A stretch of DNA of 64,000 nt. Origin: a virus. Made by a program: the position numbers and the translations under genes. Positions 38,301 to 47,659 of the stretch are shown here, one piece after another. The notes below the pieces were generated by a model. It saw only the letters and a program-made list of their open reading frames with translations, was not told the origin of the DNA and did no database searches. The first letter of the stretch is position 1; the number at the start of each line of letters is the position of its first letter. The stretch lies in the IMG/VR virus record IMGVR_UViG_3300032087_002150, positions 87,661-151,660 of that record. One strand, given 5' to 3'.

Positions 38301-41152
38301 GGTTGAATCTCGCCCTTTAACGTATCAAGAGTCTGCGTGATCCAACTTTCGTCATCAATAAAGTTCGGTCCAACTTCTGCTGAAGCGAGGGCAAGTCCAT
38401 AACTGAAATCGTCAACGAAGAAACCAGTCTTAGAGCGAATATTCCCTTCGCCATCCTGCTCGATAAGATTTTGCGCTTCTTGTTCGATAAACGAAAGGGC
38501 AACAGTTTCTTCCAATCGCCCGACTCGGTTTCTTAGACGATCGATGTCTCGCATAGTGTAGCGAGGATATCGGTTAGTGGAAACCATCAAATCCCTGACA
38601 GATTTAGTATTGCCGTTCAACAAAATATTGAAGAGGCGCATTGTACTTTCATCTGGTTGAGGAATTCCTGGTACGAGTTCCTCATCTCCTCTCTTAGTAT
38701 AGAGAACAGGTCTAAATGTGGTTTTGTCGTATGTTAAGTTGATCCCATCTATTCTCTTATTATAGTATTCTACACCAAAACTAATTGTATCACCATCTCT
38801 AGGAATTTCATTGTAGTCTGCAGAGTTTATGGTATCTTCTAATGGGTTAAGTTTTGGACGCAGGTCGAAATACTGATGTAGAGGATATGGTTCGCCATCC
38901 AACTTGGAGACAAACGTAGGAATATCACCGTAGTCAAACTCAGGGAACTGACTTGTTGCAGATGCTGAGTCAGTAAACAAGTATGAGTTTGGTGAGAAGT
39001 ATCCGTCATTTCTAGTCCAAGTAAAGTATCCAATCTTCGCAAGGACTGAGTCGGTAAGATCACTGACTCCTCTGTTTGGGGTCAATGAAACAGGACCGTA
39101 GAAGTTATCTCGTTGTCCACCGTCAAATACGACGTTGTTAGTGATCACTGATCCATCAGAGTCAGAATCATATGCGTGGAGCAATCTCACACCGTCATAC
39201 AATCCAGACATCGCAGTTCCATCTGCTTTACTGGTAATCAGGAAACGATCACCAACAGAATCATTGTATCTTCGCAGTTTAAACCAACCTTCTGTGTACT
39301 TCTTCGTGTCTGGAGTAAGACCACCAGACTTCAATCCTTTTTGTACATAATAGTATACTTTGTAGTTGTGACCGTTTACAGGATTTGGGGGAGTAATAGT
39401 TGCTGTTCCTGACGATATAGTAATGTCACCCGCGCCGATGATAGGCGCACTATCTGTGTCAGTGTTGATGAAAACCCATTGTCCATCATCAACGAAATCT
39501 TCATCTGATCCACAAGTGAGTGATAGAGTTCCTGATGAAACCGAAACATCATCAAACCTTTGAACTGTCATTTTTACATCACTGACACTCTTAACGCGGT
39601 GGTTTGAAATTTCAAATAGAGAATTATTAACTTCCGGTCCAATTATAAATGCTTGTTGATCTTCTAATTGAAACTGTAATGTGTCAGTAGCAGATGCAGC
39701 ACCAACTTCGCGCATAGTCTCAACATCGCGGAAGTTTTTTCCTGCCTGCATTTGAATATCCATCAAATGAACTCGATATTGAGTATCAATACCTTTTACA
39801 TTATTGCCTGTTTTACCGTTGTCTACAGTTGTCCAGTCCATATTAACAACGGACTTAACTCGCGCATGACCGATACAGACACCACTTTCGTTTAGCAGTT
39901 GTTGTTTCTTCAGTAAGTTAAGGTTAGAAGGATTCCAGTCTCCTAAGAAACTATTAGTGCCTGAATCATTGCCCTTGACGCCGAGATAGTTCTTGAAGAA
40001 AACGCCTGTGCTTGTGCCTGAATCTGAAGTAGTTGAGACTGGTTTTTCAACATAAAGAACATTGTCGAGTTCTTGTTCTAAACGAAATCCGTCTACATAG
40101 GCAAGGGGATTCAATCCTTGATCATTGACTCCGGACAAGTGATATCGCATTCTCGTAGCATCACCGTTGGAGTCATCCCATTCGTCAACTTCCAAAGCAA
40201 ATTTGTTGACGATAAAGTCTCCGAGTGCTTCGTTTTGGCGAGTCGCCATTCTTCTTTCAATTTGATTAAAACTATCCGTGCCCTGTTTAATCTGTACAAT
40301 CTTAGATTCTCGAACCTTAGCAAATTCAATGAAGTCCAATCTATCAGATACTTGATTTTCAGTTATTAGTTGAAGTCGGATTCTATAGCGATCGGCACCT
40401 GGAGATGATAGGTTTGGTCGAGCACCTTGGTTGTCGTACAATCTTTCGTCATCAAGAACAGTAACAATGTCTTGTACAATTTCAAAACCAACGTTGGCGT
40501 TTGCTACTGCGCTGTGCTTAGAGATGGCAAGTTGCTGTTTCGGGGCGATAACGAAATGCCCACGAGTAAAGAAGTCAGCAGTCTGCATTGTGAAGATAAC
40601 ACCTCGTCCAGTTGAAGAGGGTTCACCAGCAGCAGTATCCTGCTTGTGTACTCGCAAGTCGCTCAACCCAGGAATTTCCAAAGTTTCTTCTTCGACAAAA
40701 GCAAGTGGGGCGGTAAAAGTATCAGTGTTAGATGCACCTGCTGCGCCTTGAGAAACATATCTTCCATATAATACAGGAAGATCGTCTCCGCTTGCAACTT
40801 CTACGTGGTTACATTGGAAAATAAGTCCAGATGTTTTGCCGCCCTGTGTACTTGTACCAGTAATTGTGGCGCCAATATAATCTTCCGGATCGTCATACAG
40901 TTCGTCAACGATCACATATGATCGAATGTCAGTACCTGCACCAGAACTCTTCGGAGCTACCGCACCGCCATCTTGAAAAATGTTTGCAGCGAACTTCGTG
41001 ATTTGATTCTGCAAGATTGTTTGTAACTGAGTAAGTTCCCTCGCCTGCAAAGGACGACCGCTGTTGAACAGGATGCGATAATATCCATCGCTATCAAGGA
41101 AATCGTCTTTGTAAACGTTCTTAAACGTGTTATCAGTATACGGATTAGGCAT
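35324..41152 (-). CDS. large virion structural protein (DUF4815/VrlC-like)
   Basis: YYRILFNSGRPLQARELTQLQTILQNQI, SPGADRY, KTGFFVDDF, DPLAQTF, GSLFLSQNGSTWT. Confidence 0.88.
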   Translation of the reverse strand: MPNPYTDNTFKNVYKDDFLDSDGYYRILFNSGRPLQARELTQLQTILQNQITKFAANIFQDGGAVAPKSSGAGTDIRSYVIVDELYDDPEDYIGATITGTSTQGGKTSGLIFQCNHVEVASGDDLPVLYGRYVSQGAAGASNTDTFTAPLAFVEEETLEIPGLSDLRVHKQDTAAGEPSSTGRGVIFTMQTADFFTRGHFVIAPKQQLAISKHSAVANANVGFEIVQDIVTVLDDERLYDNQGARPNLSSPGADRYRIRLQLITENQVSDRLDFIEFAKVRESKIVQIKQGTDSFNQIERRMATRQNEALGDFIVNKFALEVDEWDDSNGDATRMRYHLSGVNDQGLNPLAYVDGFRLEQELDNVLYVEKPVSTTSDSGTSTGVFFKNYLGVKGNDSGTNSFLGDWNPSNLNLLKKQQLLNESGVCIGHARVKSVVNMDWTTVDNGKTGNNVKGIDTQYRVHLMDIQMQAGKNFRDVETMREVGAASATDTLQFQLEDQQAFIIGPEVNNSLFEISNHRVKSVSDVKMTVQRFDDVSVSSGTLSLTCGSDEDFVDDGQWVFINTDTDSAPIIGAGDITISSGTATITPPNPVNGHNYKVYYYVQKGLKSGGLTPDTKKYTEGWFKLRRYNDSVGDRFLITSKADGTAMSGLYDGVRLLHAYDSDSDGSVITNNVVFDGGQRDNFYGPVSLTPNRGVSDLTDSVLAKIGYFTWTRNDGYFSPNSYLFTDSASATSQFPEFDYGDIPTFVSKLDGEPYPLHQYFDLRPKLNPLEDTINSADYNEIPRDGDTISFGVEYYNKRIDGINLTYDKTTFRPVLYTKRGDEELVPGIPQPDESTMRLFNILLNGNTKSVRDLMVSTNRYPRYTMRDIDRLRNRVGRLEETVALSFIEQEAQNLIEQDGEGNIRSKTGFFVDDFSYGLALASAEVGPNFIDDESWITQTLDTLKGEIQPKHTKFWNDFIYDSGDSVSGARGTTTIPSLSNIVRKGDMLMLDYQEVLDSALSQEVISWMTPYSYEERGYYNVNPFNVFAGEGNLKLRPSADFWVDNHRLPDRNITNETIYIKLNDLSAYVPRTWTATFVSTRTTTRDLGGRRINEAGRVEREIERTTTTRRVTQRITERVRTRVVSDQIETFDEDKIIDVSTVPFIRARRVLGKAEGLRPDTRFWLYFDGVRMDQWVLSRDEGSYTTLLDAGAQNKQYAPVATWMKKHPNSLNVSNENVLISDQFGNLYFDLFIPNTAVIPVPESEVFPYEEELETWLKKVKEGVARFGAGDPAVYDYAGWKFRVGSREVKLLDVSSGVSSDALSRAKTRYRAAGRAITRRRDIVSTRVVRTEDYIDRVAETLESETISTESEVVWVPYDPLAQTFSLVASSMTSGAFITKIDVFMRRAPAASEPQVQLQLQIRDVTNGTPNRAPISEQHCVYKTAKEVRDVVAAIPNVTDPDETTLDNILANPVTFEFEEPIYIQAGKEYALVLLSDCDGYEAFVATTYDLVIGRTDKRVSKQPATGSLFLSQNGSTWTPKQNQDLAFRIYTAKFKKQGFVNFYNQPDFRVNHNYATSLSVDSDDLTRFRVEHKYHNLLDGDKVIIRGLGSGTDYNGVTGGSIMDSANVVVDPDVNGYYVAINDGSTFTSTGKFGADSVSSLSACNIDRFTWNVSDVEFTGTSIQYQASFVSGFSHGKVGLSTPTQDTRFDIDDTSTPGTNGNGMFTLTPFETIYFDTPRYLANSDQTLSPTALNGEPSIVVTTKLQTSQVSNFGGPRAQSVKASGYVSDLTPMIDIQGVGANMLNYIVDNQAWDSDGADTVRNAPQDFLPETHPLSGTTPSKHITKPIILPEAGNGLRIIAKLHVPPEADFDLYYRTTTGDDQDIYTVDWERVVPDNDPPKNLYVQGPGEITYSEYRYLLGGIDGNLPDFRQFQIKIVLRTRNSCQVPIIRDIKAIALI

Positions 41153-41164
41153 TTTTTATTTTCC

Positions 41165-42739
41165 TTACAGGTCAATCACGATCTTGACGTCTTCAGTTTG
41201 TTCGTCATCTCGAGTAATTTTAACTCTGTTATCTATGTAGATAACTTCTCCCGAGAACCTGTCTGCTTCTGCTGGTCGTAAGTGTGGTTCACGAATATTA
41301 TTAGCACTATCATTTGGAACAATTGTTCCAGTGCCCAAAGGAGATGTTCCTTCGTAAAATTCTATGTTATTTGTTCCATCAAATCTCTTAAATCCAGTTG
41401 CTCTTGTTTGATGGACATACGCAACTGCTGTTGTTGAATCATATGTAGCATCGAAGTAGTCTAGAATTGCTTCAGCATTCGAATTAGTCTGCCTTACTAT
41501 TTGGTCACCAGTTAAGTTAGCAGCAAAACCACTTGTTCCTTGTACGAACAATCTCTTGTAAACTTGGGCGGTCAGACTACTCACAACTGAATCGCCTGTG
41601 AAATCAATCAAATCTGCTGAATCTTTTAGCGGATTCTTGATCAATCCAACCTGACGGAAGTCGTTTCGCACATTAAAGTCGTTGTTTTCTACACCAGTCA
41701 GAGTTGCGTTAAACATAATTGCTGACGAGTTCAAGTTTACAACTGGGTTGCCTCCCATGCCAGAGTCACCGTCGATAATCGCGCGAAGCACACATCCAGA
41801 ACCAGTACCAACACTGTCTGGATCCAACTCTACAGATGCGTTTTTATAATTTTTACCGAACGAAAACGTCGACGCAGTAGCAGAGTCTTTCATAATTACC
41901 TGATAGACGACACCAGAGGCATTAGTCCTGGCAAACCCTCGCGCGGAGTCTCCTGGATTAGTTCTAAATCCAAGACCTCGGTTGCGAATATTTTCTCCAA
42001 ATATTTGCAGACTAATAGTGGTGTTTGCAGAATATCCACTACCACCATTTTCGACAGCAACACCGATGATTTGTCCATCAACCGCTGCTTTTTGAATCGC
42101 TAACTGATTCGCTCTTGTGGTTGTTAGTTCGTCAGTGGCAGGACCGCCGTCAGCGGAGTCAATGATTTTTTCTACTGGGATATATGATGAAGTTAAAAAC
42201 TTTCTCGCTTCAGCAGCACCAACCGTAAACAAAAACTGCCAAACATATCCGTCATTAGGGTCAGAAAAAGGTACTCCTGTAGTTGTAGCAGGTTTTACGG
42301 TAGAAGTATTTGGGTTTCCATCCGCGTCCATACCTTGTTGTAGGCAAACAAACACACTATTATCATCAGTGATCACGTAGTATGACTGTTGAATATCACC
42401 ATCTGCTCTAATGGTAGTGTTAGAACTGTAATAATTGTCCCACTGATTGTATACTGTACCAGCAATCCAGTTATGTCTTGGTACAACGTATGAAACGTCA
42501 GGAACAAGTTTCAAAGACTGTAGGGATTCTTGAAACTTTAAGGCATCATCGCGTGAAGGATTTGGAACAGGAGGATTGAGTTCGCCAGTTGTGGCAGTCG
42601 AATCCCACTCTTCTGCTCGACCAATCCCAAGATAAAAACGATCCGAGTCAGTTCCTGCTGTTTTACCAATGTTTAAGTAAGAGTCATAAATCTTTTCAAG
42701 AATTTCTCTTTTAAAACTATCTGATACTGTTGCTACCAT
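41165..42739 (-). CDS. gp8: baseplate wedge subunit
   Basis: VPRHNWIAG, YYVITDD..VFVCL, DGYVWQFLF, SGEVIYIDNR, QTEDVKIVI. Confidence 0.88.
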   Translation of the reverse strand: MVATVSDSFKREILEKIYDSYLNIGKTAGTDSDRFYLGIGRAEEWDSTATTGELNPPVPNPSRDDALKFQESLQSLKLVPDVSYVVPRHNWIAGTVYNQWDNYYSSNTTIRADGDIQQSYYVITDDNSVFVCLQQGMDADGNPNTSTVKPATTTGVPFSDPNDGYVWQFLFTVGAAEARKFLTSSYIPVEKIIDSADGGPATDELTTTRANQLAIQKAAVDGQIIGVAVENGGSGYSANTTISLQIFGENIRNRGLGFRTNPGDSARGFARTNASGVVYQVIMKDSATASTFSFGKNYKNASVELDPDSVGTGSGCVLRAIIDGDSGMGGNPVVNLNSSAIMFNATLTGVENNDFNVRNDFRQVGLIKNPLKDSADLIDFTGDSVVSSLTAQVYKRLFVQGTSGFAANLTGDQIVRQTNSNAEAILDYFDATYDSTTAVAYVHQTRATGFKRFDGTNNIEFYEGTSPLGTGTIVPNDSANNIREPHLRPAEADRFSGEVIYIDNRVKITRDDEQTEDVKIVIDL

Positions 42740-42753
42740 TTTTCCCTACTCTC

Positions 42754-43599
42754 TTATGGTACAATTGTTAAACTATCGGAAGAATCAAGACCCATAGGCA
42801 TCCATTCGGATGGCGTAGCGTGCCAAATCAATTCTATTCCGCGCTTTCCTTTCAAGACCATTGAAGTTCCTGGTCCGAAATTTGATGGCGTGATAGTTGC
42901 GTTCCCGCTGTTAATGTTTACAAACTTTTTAATTTGCCCTGTTACTGTTCCATCTGGGCAAGTAATCGTCGTTGTTCCAGTGCTGTTGATGAACGTGATA
43001 GGAACCCATGGATCAGCAGCGCCAGAAGCAGTTAATTCTTCTGTGTTTTGAATGATCGGAGCATCTACGTACAAACCTCCTTCATTTAAAGGAGTGATTC
43101 GAATATCAACGTCAGTTGTTCCACTTGCAGCATCGCTATCAACGCACAACTTTATGGAATTGACAGAATCGCCGTTATCCAATCTTAGAAAATGTGTTGA
43201 AGAAGTGACGCCATTTAACTCTAGAATCTGATTACCATTGGAGTCATGAATCATGCCAACCTTTGGTGTAGTCAAAGTCTTATTAGTCAGAGTGTCTATA
43301 GTATTTTTAAGAACTACAGTACCAGTCGTATTTGGCAAAGTAATTGTTTTATTACTACCAGTCGCGACATCACCAACTAACGTAGTTGTATATGATCCTA
43401 CATCTGAATCGCCAAAAATAATATTACCATCGGAATCTAGGTGAAAGTTTCCCGTCGCTGCATCTGAATCGCCAAGGAGTTCGAAGATTGTTTCAAAATT
43501 CCCGTTGATTTTATCAGCAGCAGCGCGCAGAGTATCACCAGTGCCATCATTAGCAGTGGTTCCGTTCAGCAATATTAGTCGGTTTGTACTGTGTGCCAT
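42754..43599 (-). CDS. gp9/gp10-like baseplate-fibre connector
   Basis: N-terminal GTTANDGTGDTLRAAADKINGNF motif. Confidence 0.7.
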   Translation of the reverse strand: MAHSTNRLILLNGTTANDGTGDTLRAAADKINGNFETIFELLGDSDAATGNFHLDSDGNIIFGDSDVGSYTTTLVGDVATGSNKTITLPNTTGTVVLKNTIDTLTNKTLTTPKVGMIHDSNGNQILELNGVTSSTHFLRLDNGDSVNSIKLCVDSDAASGTTDVDIRITPLNEGGLYVDAPIIQNTEELTASGAADPWVPITFINSTGTTTITCPDGTVTGQIKKFVNINSGNATITPSNFGPGTSMVLKGKRGIELIWHATPSEWMPMGLDSSDSLTIVP

Positions 43600-43625
43600 T
43601 TTTGCGTTCCGTAAATTCTACTGTT

Positions 43626-43633
43626 TATTTATA
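43626..43633 (-). promoter_or_regulatory. late promoter TATAAATA
   Basis: Exact consensus, intergenic. Confidence 0.75.
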
Positions 43634-43639
43634 CCAGTT

Positions 43640-45184
43640 TTATGAAGTTCCACTAGGATTATGAATAGTTCCATCACTATCTATAGGCAATAATGGATTT
43701 TCTGTATATTGGATAAGATTATCGTCATTCGCCCCAAATACACTTGTGTTTCCTAGACCATCACTGTCGCCATTCAAGAAAGCATTTTTCAACCGTCCAG
43801 AAGAAGAACCTGCCATTGCTGCCAGTCTATCTCTAATTAACTCGGTATCTGGTGCTGTCGAACTATCGCGAAGATCGTTAGGGAACTTTATAGTCGTGAA
43901 GTTGCCTGATCCATCACTATCGTATCCATACCACTTATCTTCATCAAGCAGGTTAATTGTGTTTGAAAGGTCAGCATATGTGCCATCAATCGTTCTTCCT
44001 TCAATGAGATCTGCCTCATAGATTGATTTATACTGAGTGTGCCAACCACCAACGTTGCGAGGATGCGTCATATCATTAACGCGAGTCCTAATCTTTTCAC
44101 CATATGGTCCTGGTCCAATCTCTGTGATTGAAGTAGAGAACAATCCTGTTCCGTTGCGCTTCAATACTTGCGCAGTAGAGAACACCTCTACAGGAGGTGG
44201 TGGTTCGATAAACGATGGTTGTGGACCCAAATTAAAGTCAAAAATCGAGTTTATCTGCACCTCACCAGCAAGGTACATACCTGCTGGATGCACGAACGTT
44301 TTGTATGCCTGCCTCCAAACTGGTACACCAATAGGAGTAGATATTAAAATTCCATACAATTGATAGAACTTATTATCAGTGATTCTTTTCAGCGTTACTT
44401 CTGAACCGATAGTTGAGTATGATCTGGTTTCTGAAACCATCTTCAGATTACTTCCGACAGGAACATACCCTGTATCATTTAAGAACTTTAATTGTGAGTC
44501 ACTATCATATAGTGATTCGCCGTTACTATCAGTTCCGATAGGAGTCAGTGGCGTTAAATATTGCCCTTCACTGTCAACTGGGGTCAATCTGATATTAAAA
44601 GCAGAAAACTCTCTCGTGTAATCTATGCCCTGCCTCAGTGGAACATATTCGCCTTGACTGTCTTGAACATATAGGTTTATTTCTGAACCCATAAAGGTAT
44701 AGGGGAAGTTATGTCCACCGTTTTCGCCTTGACCTTCAAAAATCATTTCTTCTTCGTTAGGGTCTCCAACGTAGAAAACTTCATCTTTTCCGTAACGAAC
44801 TTCAATATCGAGACCGTAAAATACACGGAAGAACTGTTTGATAGAAAACTCAGTTCCCTTTGATCGGTATAATAAGTTTGAATATTGTAACGAAGTTCTT
44901 TTATCTTGGAACGATTCGTAGTATGGTTTACCCATCAAGAGTTCGTTGGCAATAAAGTCGAGCAACTCAACCTTCGCGCCAGTTACGTCTCTGTTCAACA
45001 ACAAATCATTTAGTGCTTCAGTCGCTGCACCTTCTTCCTCTAATGTTTTATAATATTCTTGTAGGAAGTTTACAAGTTTTGGGTACTTGGTGTCAAAATG
45101 TCCGGGCAAGGTCTCATAAACCTGATACTTATCAAGGTCAAGTTTATGGCGATAAACGTCTGTTAGAGTTTTATCTAATGGCAT
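43640..45184 (-). CDS. gp7: baseplate wedge subunit (gp7-like)
   Basis: YPKLVNFLQEYY, LYRSKGTEFS..FFRVFYG, FVHPAGM, following gp6. Confidence 0.75.
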   Translation of the reverse strand: MPLDKTLTDVYRHKLDLDKYQVYETLPGHFDTKYPKLVNFLQEYYKTLEEEGAATEALNDLLLNRDVTGAKVELLDFIANELLMGKPYYESFQDKRTSLQYSNLLYRSKGTEFSIKQFFRVFYGLDIEVRYGKDEVFYVGDPNEEEMIFEGQGENGGHNFPYTFMGSEINLYVQDSQGEYVPLRQGIDYTREFSAFNIRLTPVDSEGQYLTPLTPIGTDSNGESLYDSDSQLKFLNDTGYVPVGSNLKMVSETRSYSTIGSEVTLKRITDNKFYQLYGILISTPIGVPVWRQAYKTFVHPAGMYLAGEVQINSIFDFNLGPQPSFIEPPPPVEVFSTAQVLKRNGTGLFSTSITEIGPGPYGEKIRTRVNDMTHPRNVGGWHTQYKSIYEADLIEGRTIDGTYADLSNTINLLDEDKWYGYDSDGSGNFTTIKFPNDLRDSSTAPDTELIRDRLAAMAGSSSGRLKNAFLNGDSDGLGNTSVFGANDDNLIQYTENPLLPIDSDGTIHNPSGTS

Positions 45185-45189
45185 TTTAT

Positions 45190-47112
45190 TTACTCAGTGT
45201 CGACCAATATTGCCTTCGCGAAAGATTCTTCAGCGTCATACTTAACTACGTTATTCAACTTTGCCACCACAACTGATTCATTTGCCGGAACCGCAAAAAT
45301 TTTGATAAAGTTTCTGGCGTTCGGAATACTTTGAACAGTAAGTCCGTCGATTTTCACGATTCCCTCGGCGGCATTGTAAGAACCAATATTACTTACCAAT
45401 ATCCTCCCTGAGATACTTACCAACTCAAGATCGCTAGAAGGTTTGCTATCAAACACAACTGGATTTATTCCTGGTGGAGAAATTCTAACTCTCTTATCCA
45501 ACTTGTTGCGAATAAAGCATGTCTGGTTTCGGTATATGAACAAAGAACTGGTGATTGTCGGTTCAATAACGAGTGTTGGATCCCTCAATGCTACAGGGAA
45601 ATACAATTCATGATTTTGCTGTAAGTTGTAAACTGGGGTAATTCTTCTGTTTATCCTAATATTGGATCTAGAAGAAAGAACTGACGGGTTAGTAGCATCA
45701 ATTTTAGTCAACATATTAGATCTACGGAAAACTTGATCAAACTTACCTGTGTTGTCATTAAAGTAGTTATCAATGGCAGTTTGAACATCAGCGCGAATCG
45801 TAGACTCAGTATTACCTGTTAAAGAAGGGTTCCACTGGAAAAAAGTTTGCGCAGAAATAAAAGTTTCCACTGGATCGGTGAAGTTTAATCGGAAAGAAGC
45901 GATCGAAAACTCATCTGCTAGGTCAAGTATGCCTCTCCTAACAAGGTCAATGGTGGCATTGGTCAAGTTCTCTTTGAATACAATGGAAGTGAACACCGCA
46001 CCATAGTCTGGTTTGTCGTCGTCTTCGCCGCCCCAAGATTTGATGTCGTCAATATAGTTTGCGTATCTCTTCAAAATAATTGCAGAATAGTCTGTTGCTG
46101 TTACCATTCGGTTTTGAGCAGCATACTGGTATGGCGCTCTTATTCTGATAGATTCGATATCTTCTTTATCGTCACCGCCAGCAGATCTGGTCTGTACTGA
46201 AATACTAACATCTTCATCAGGAACAGCAATTGCGTCTCCTGTTTGCCTCTCAACGAATTCTAGAGAACTACTCAATCGCAGAGTTGGAATATTGTTAGCA
46301 ATTGCCCCATTAGTTCGCAGATAGTTAATGTTAATAACATTACCTGCTTGCGGTGCTTGTCCTAAAGAATTTCCGTTACCGAAAGTCAATTCATAAAATC
46401 CGTTCGGGGATTCTCTCAATACGTACAAGCGAGAAAGTTCAGTAATGGTTGTTGCGTTTAACAGATTAGTATGCTCCACCGAACTACCATCAGTCGCTGC
46501 TGCTTCTTGATTGGTGTAAACTTTTACGATTGCAGTGTTGATATCAATGTTTTCATCAGGGATAACATAAACTGTGTCCACAACATCACCAACAACAAAC
46601 TGTAAGTTTACTTCTTCGCCTTCAAACACTCTAATCGGTTGTGATGCGTCAGCAGTTGGGGCAAACCTGTAGACTTCACCGCCTCTAGAAACAGCACTAA
46701 TAGATTCTCTGTTAGAAAATGTATAGTCGATTCCGTCTTTTACACCTCGAAGTACCAGTTGTCCTGGTTGCAAAGTTTGATTGTTTGCTACGTTTAATAG
46801 ATCGACTGTATTAACTTCTACCTCAACCGTAGACTCTGGAGATTTTTTAGAATTCGGAACATAACCCAAAGACTCAGCAAGGGATACAACAGATGGACGC
46901 AGTTGAGCAGTAACGAGATAAGATTCGTTTAGAGAAAAGTTTGCGATAAGACCATTTAGATGCGTATTATATGCCAAAACATCTAGGATGTTTGATAATC
47001 CAGATGCCTCGAAATCGTAATCTTCAAACTCCTGAGTGTCTTTCAAAGACTGCTTAAGAGTATCTTTGATCTGTTGAAAATCTAACTTTGAAGAATTAAT
47101 TGTTGTTGCCAT
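45190..47112 (-). CDS. gp6: baseplate wedge subunit
   Basis: LDFQQIK, LDVLAYNTH, FGNG, AQNRMVTATDY, WGGED. Confidence 0.95.
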   Translation of the reverse strand: MATTINSSKLDFQQIKDTLKQSLKDTQEFEDYDFEASGLSNILDVLAYNTHLNGLIANFSLNESYLVTAQLRPSVVSLAESLGYVPNSKKSPESTVEVEVNTVDLLNVANNQTLQPGQLVLRGVKDGIDYTFSNRESISAVSRGGEVYRFAPTADASQPIRVFEGEEVNLQFVVGDVVDTVYVIPDENIDINTAIVKVYTNQEAAATDGSSVEHTNLLNATTITELSRLYVLRESPNGFYELTFGNGNSLGQAPQAGNVININYLRTNGAIANNIPTLRLSSSLEFVERQTGDAIAVPDEDVSISVQTRSAGGDDKEDIESIRIRAPYQYAAQNRMVTATDYSAIILKRYANYIDDIKSWGGEDDDKPDYGAVFTSIVFKENLTNATIDLVRRGILDLADEFSIASFRLNFTDPVETFISAQTFFQWNPSLTGNTESTIRADVQTAIDNYFNDNTGKFDQVFRRSNMLTKIDATNPSVLSSRSNIRINRRITPVYNLQQNHELYFPVALRDPTLVIEPTITSSLFIYRNQTCFIRNKLDKRVRISPPGINPVVFDSKPSSDLELVSISGRILVSNIGSYNAAEGIVKIDGLTVQSIPNARNFIKIFAVPANESVVVAKLNNVVKYDAEESFAKAILVDTE

Positions 47113-47618
47113 TATCGTAACCTGTTCAAGTTTACTCTTGCTGAAAATTGCCCTTGGGAATTGTCTATTTCAAATTCTACAATAATAGCAACTGTGTTTC
47201 TAAGACTATCCCTATCGAATATGCTTGCTGCGCCTGAATTAACGAGTCTGTTTCCGTCATAAAATTTAACGTCAGTGACAGTTACTCTCGGTTCATCTCT
47301 ATTAAGTGCTCTGATAATTTGCCTTCTAACCAACTCTTCAGAGTATGTTTCAACCATGTCGAACAACATTGATCTGAGGTTCGCACCGTAATTTGGGTTG
47401 AAAGGTTTTTCTAGTCTGTCAGTCAGTAAGACGTTTTCCACTGCTTGAATTACAGCAGCAGTGTCAACTTTTTTATAGACGTCGCCTTGCTTCTTGCCAT
47501 CTTCATTAATAGATCCTGGCTTAGCAGAAAAAGACAAATCTATGTCTTTGTAGTCTATTTTTTTCCCAGTGACTAACGTAGTATCAGTCTTTCCTGGGGT
47601 GACTCGTTTCAGTGCCAT
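47112..47618 (-). CDS. gp25: baseplate wedge subunit
   Basis: YKDIDLSF, EKPFNPNYG, EPRV. Confidence 0.92.
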   Translation of the reverse strand: MALKRVTPGKTDTTLVTGKKIDYKDIDLSFSAKPGSINEDGKKQGDVYKKVDTAAVIQAVENVLLTDRLEKPFNPNYGANLRSMLFDMVETYSEELVRRQIIRALNRDEPRVTVTDVKFYDGNRLVNSGAASIFDRDSLRNTVAIIVEFEIDNSQGQFSARVNLNRLR

Positions 47619-47645
47619 TCTTATTATCCGATGGTTTGATACATC

Positions 47646-47653
47646 TATTTATA
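47646..47653 (-). promoter_or_regulatory. late promoter TATAAATA for gp25
   Basis: Exact consensus, intergenic. Confidence 0.75.
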
Positions 47654-47659
47654 CTGCTA

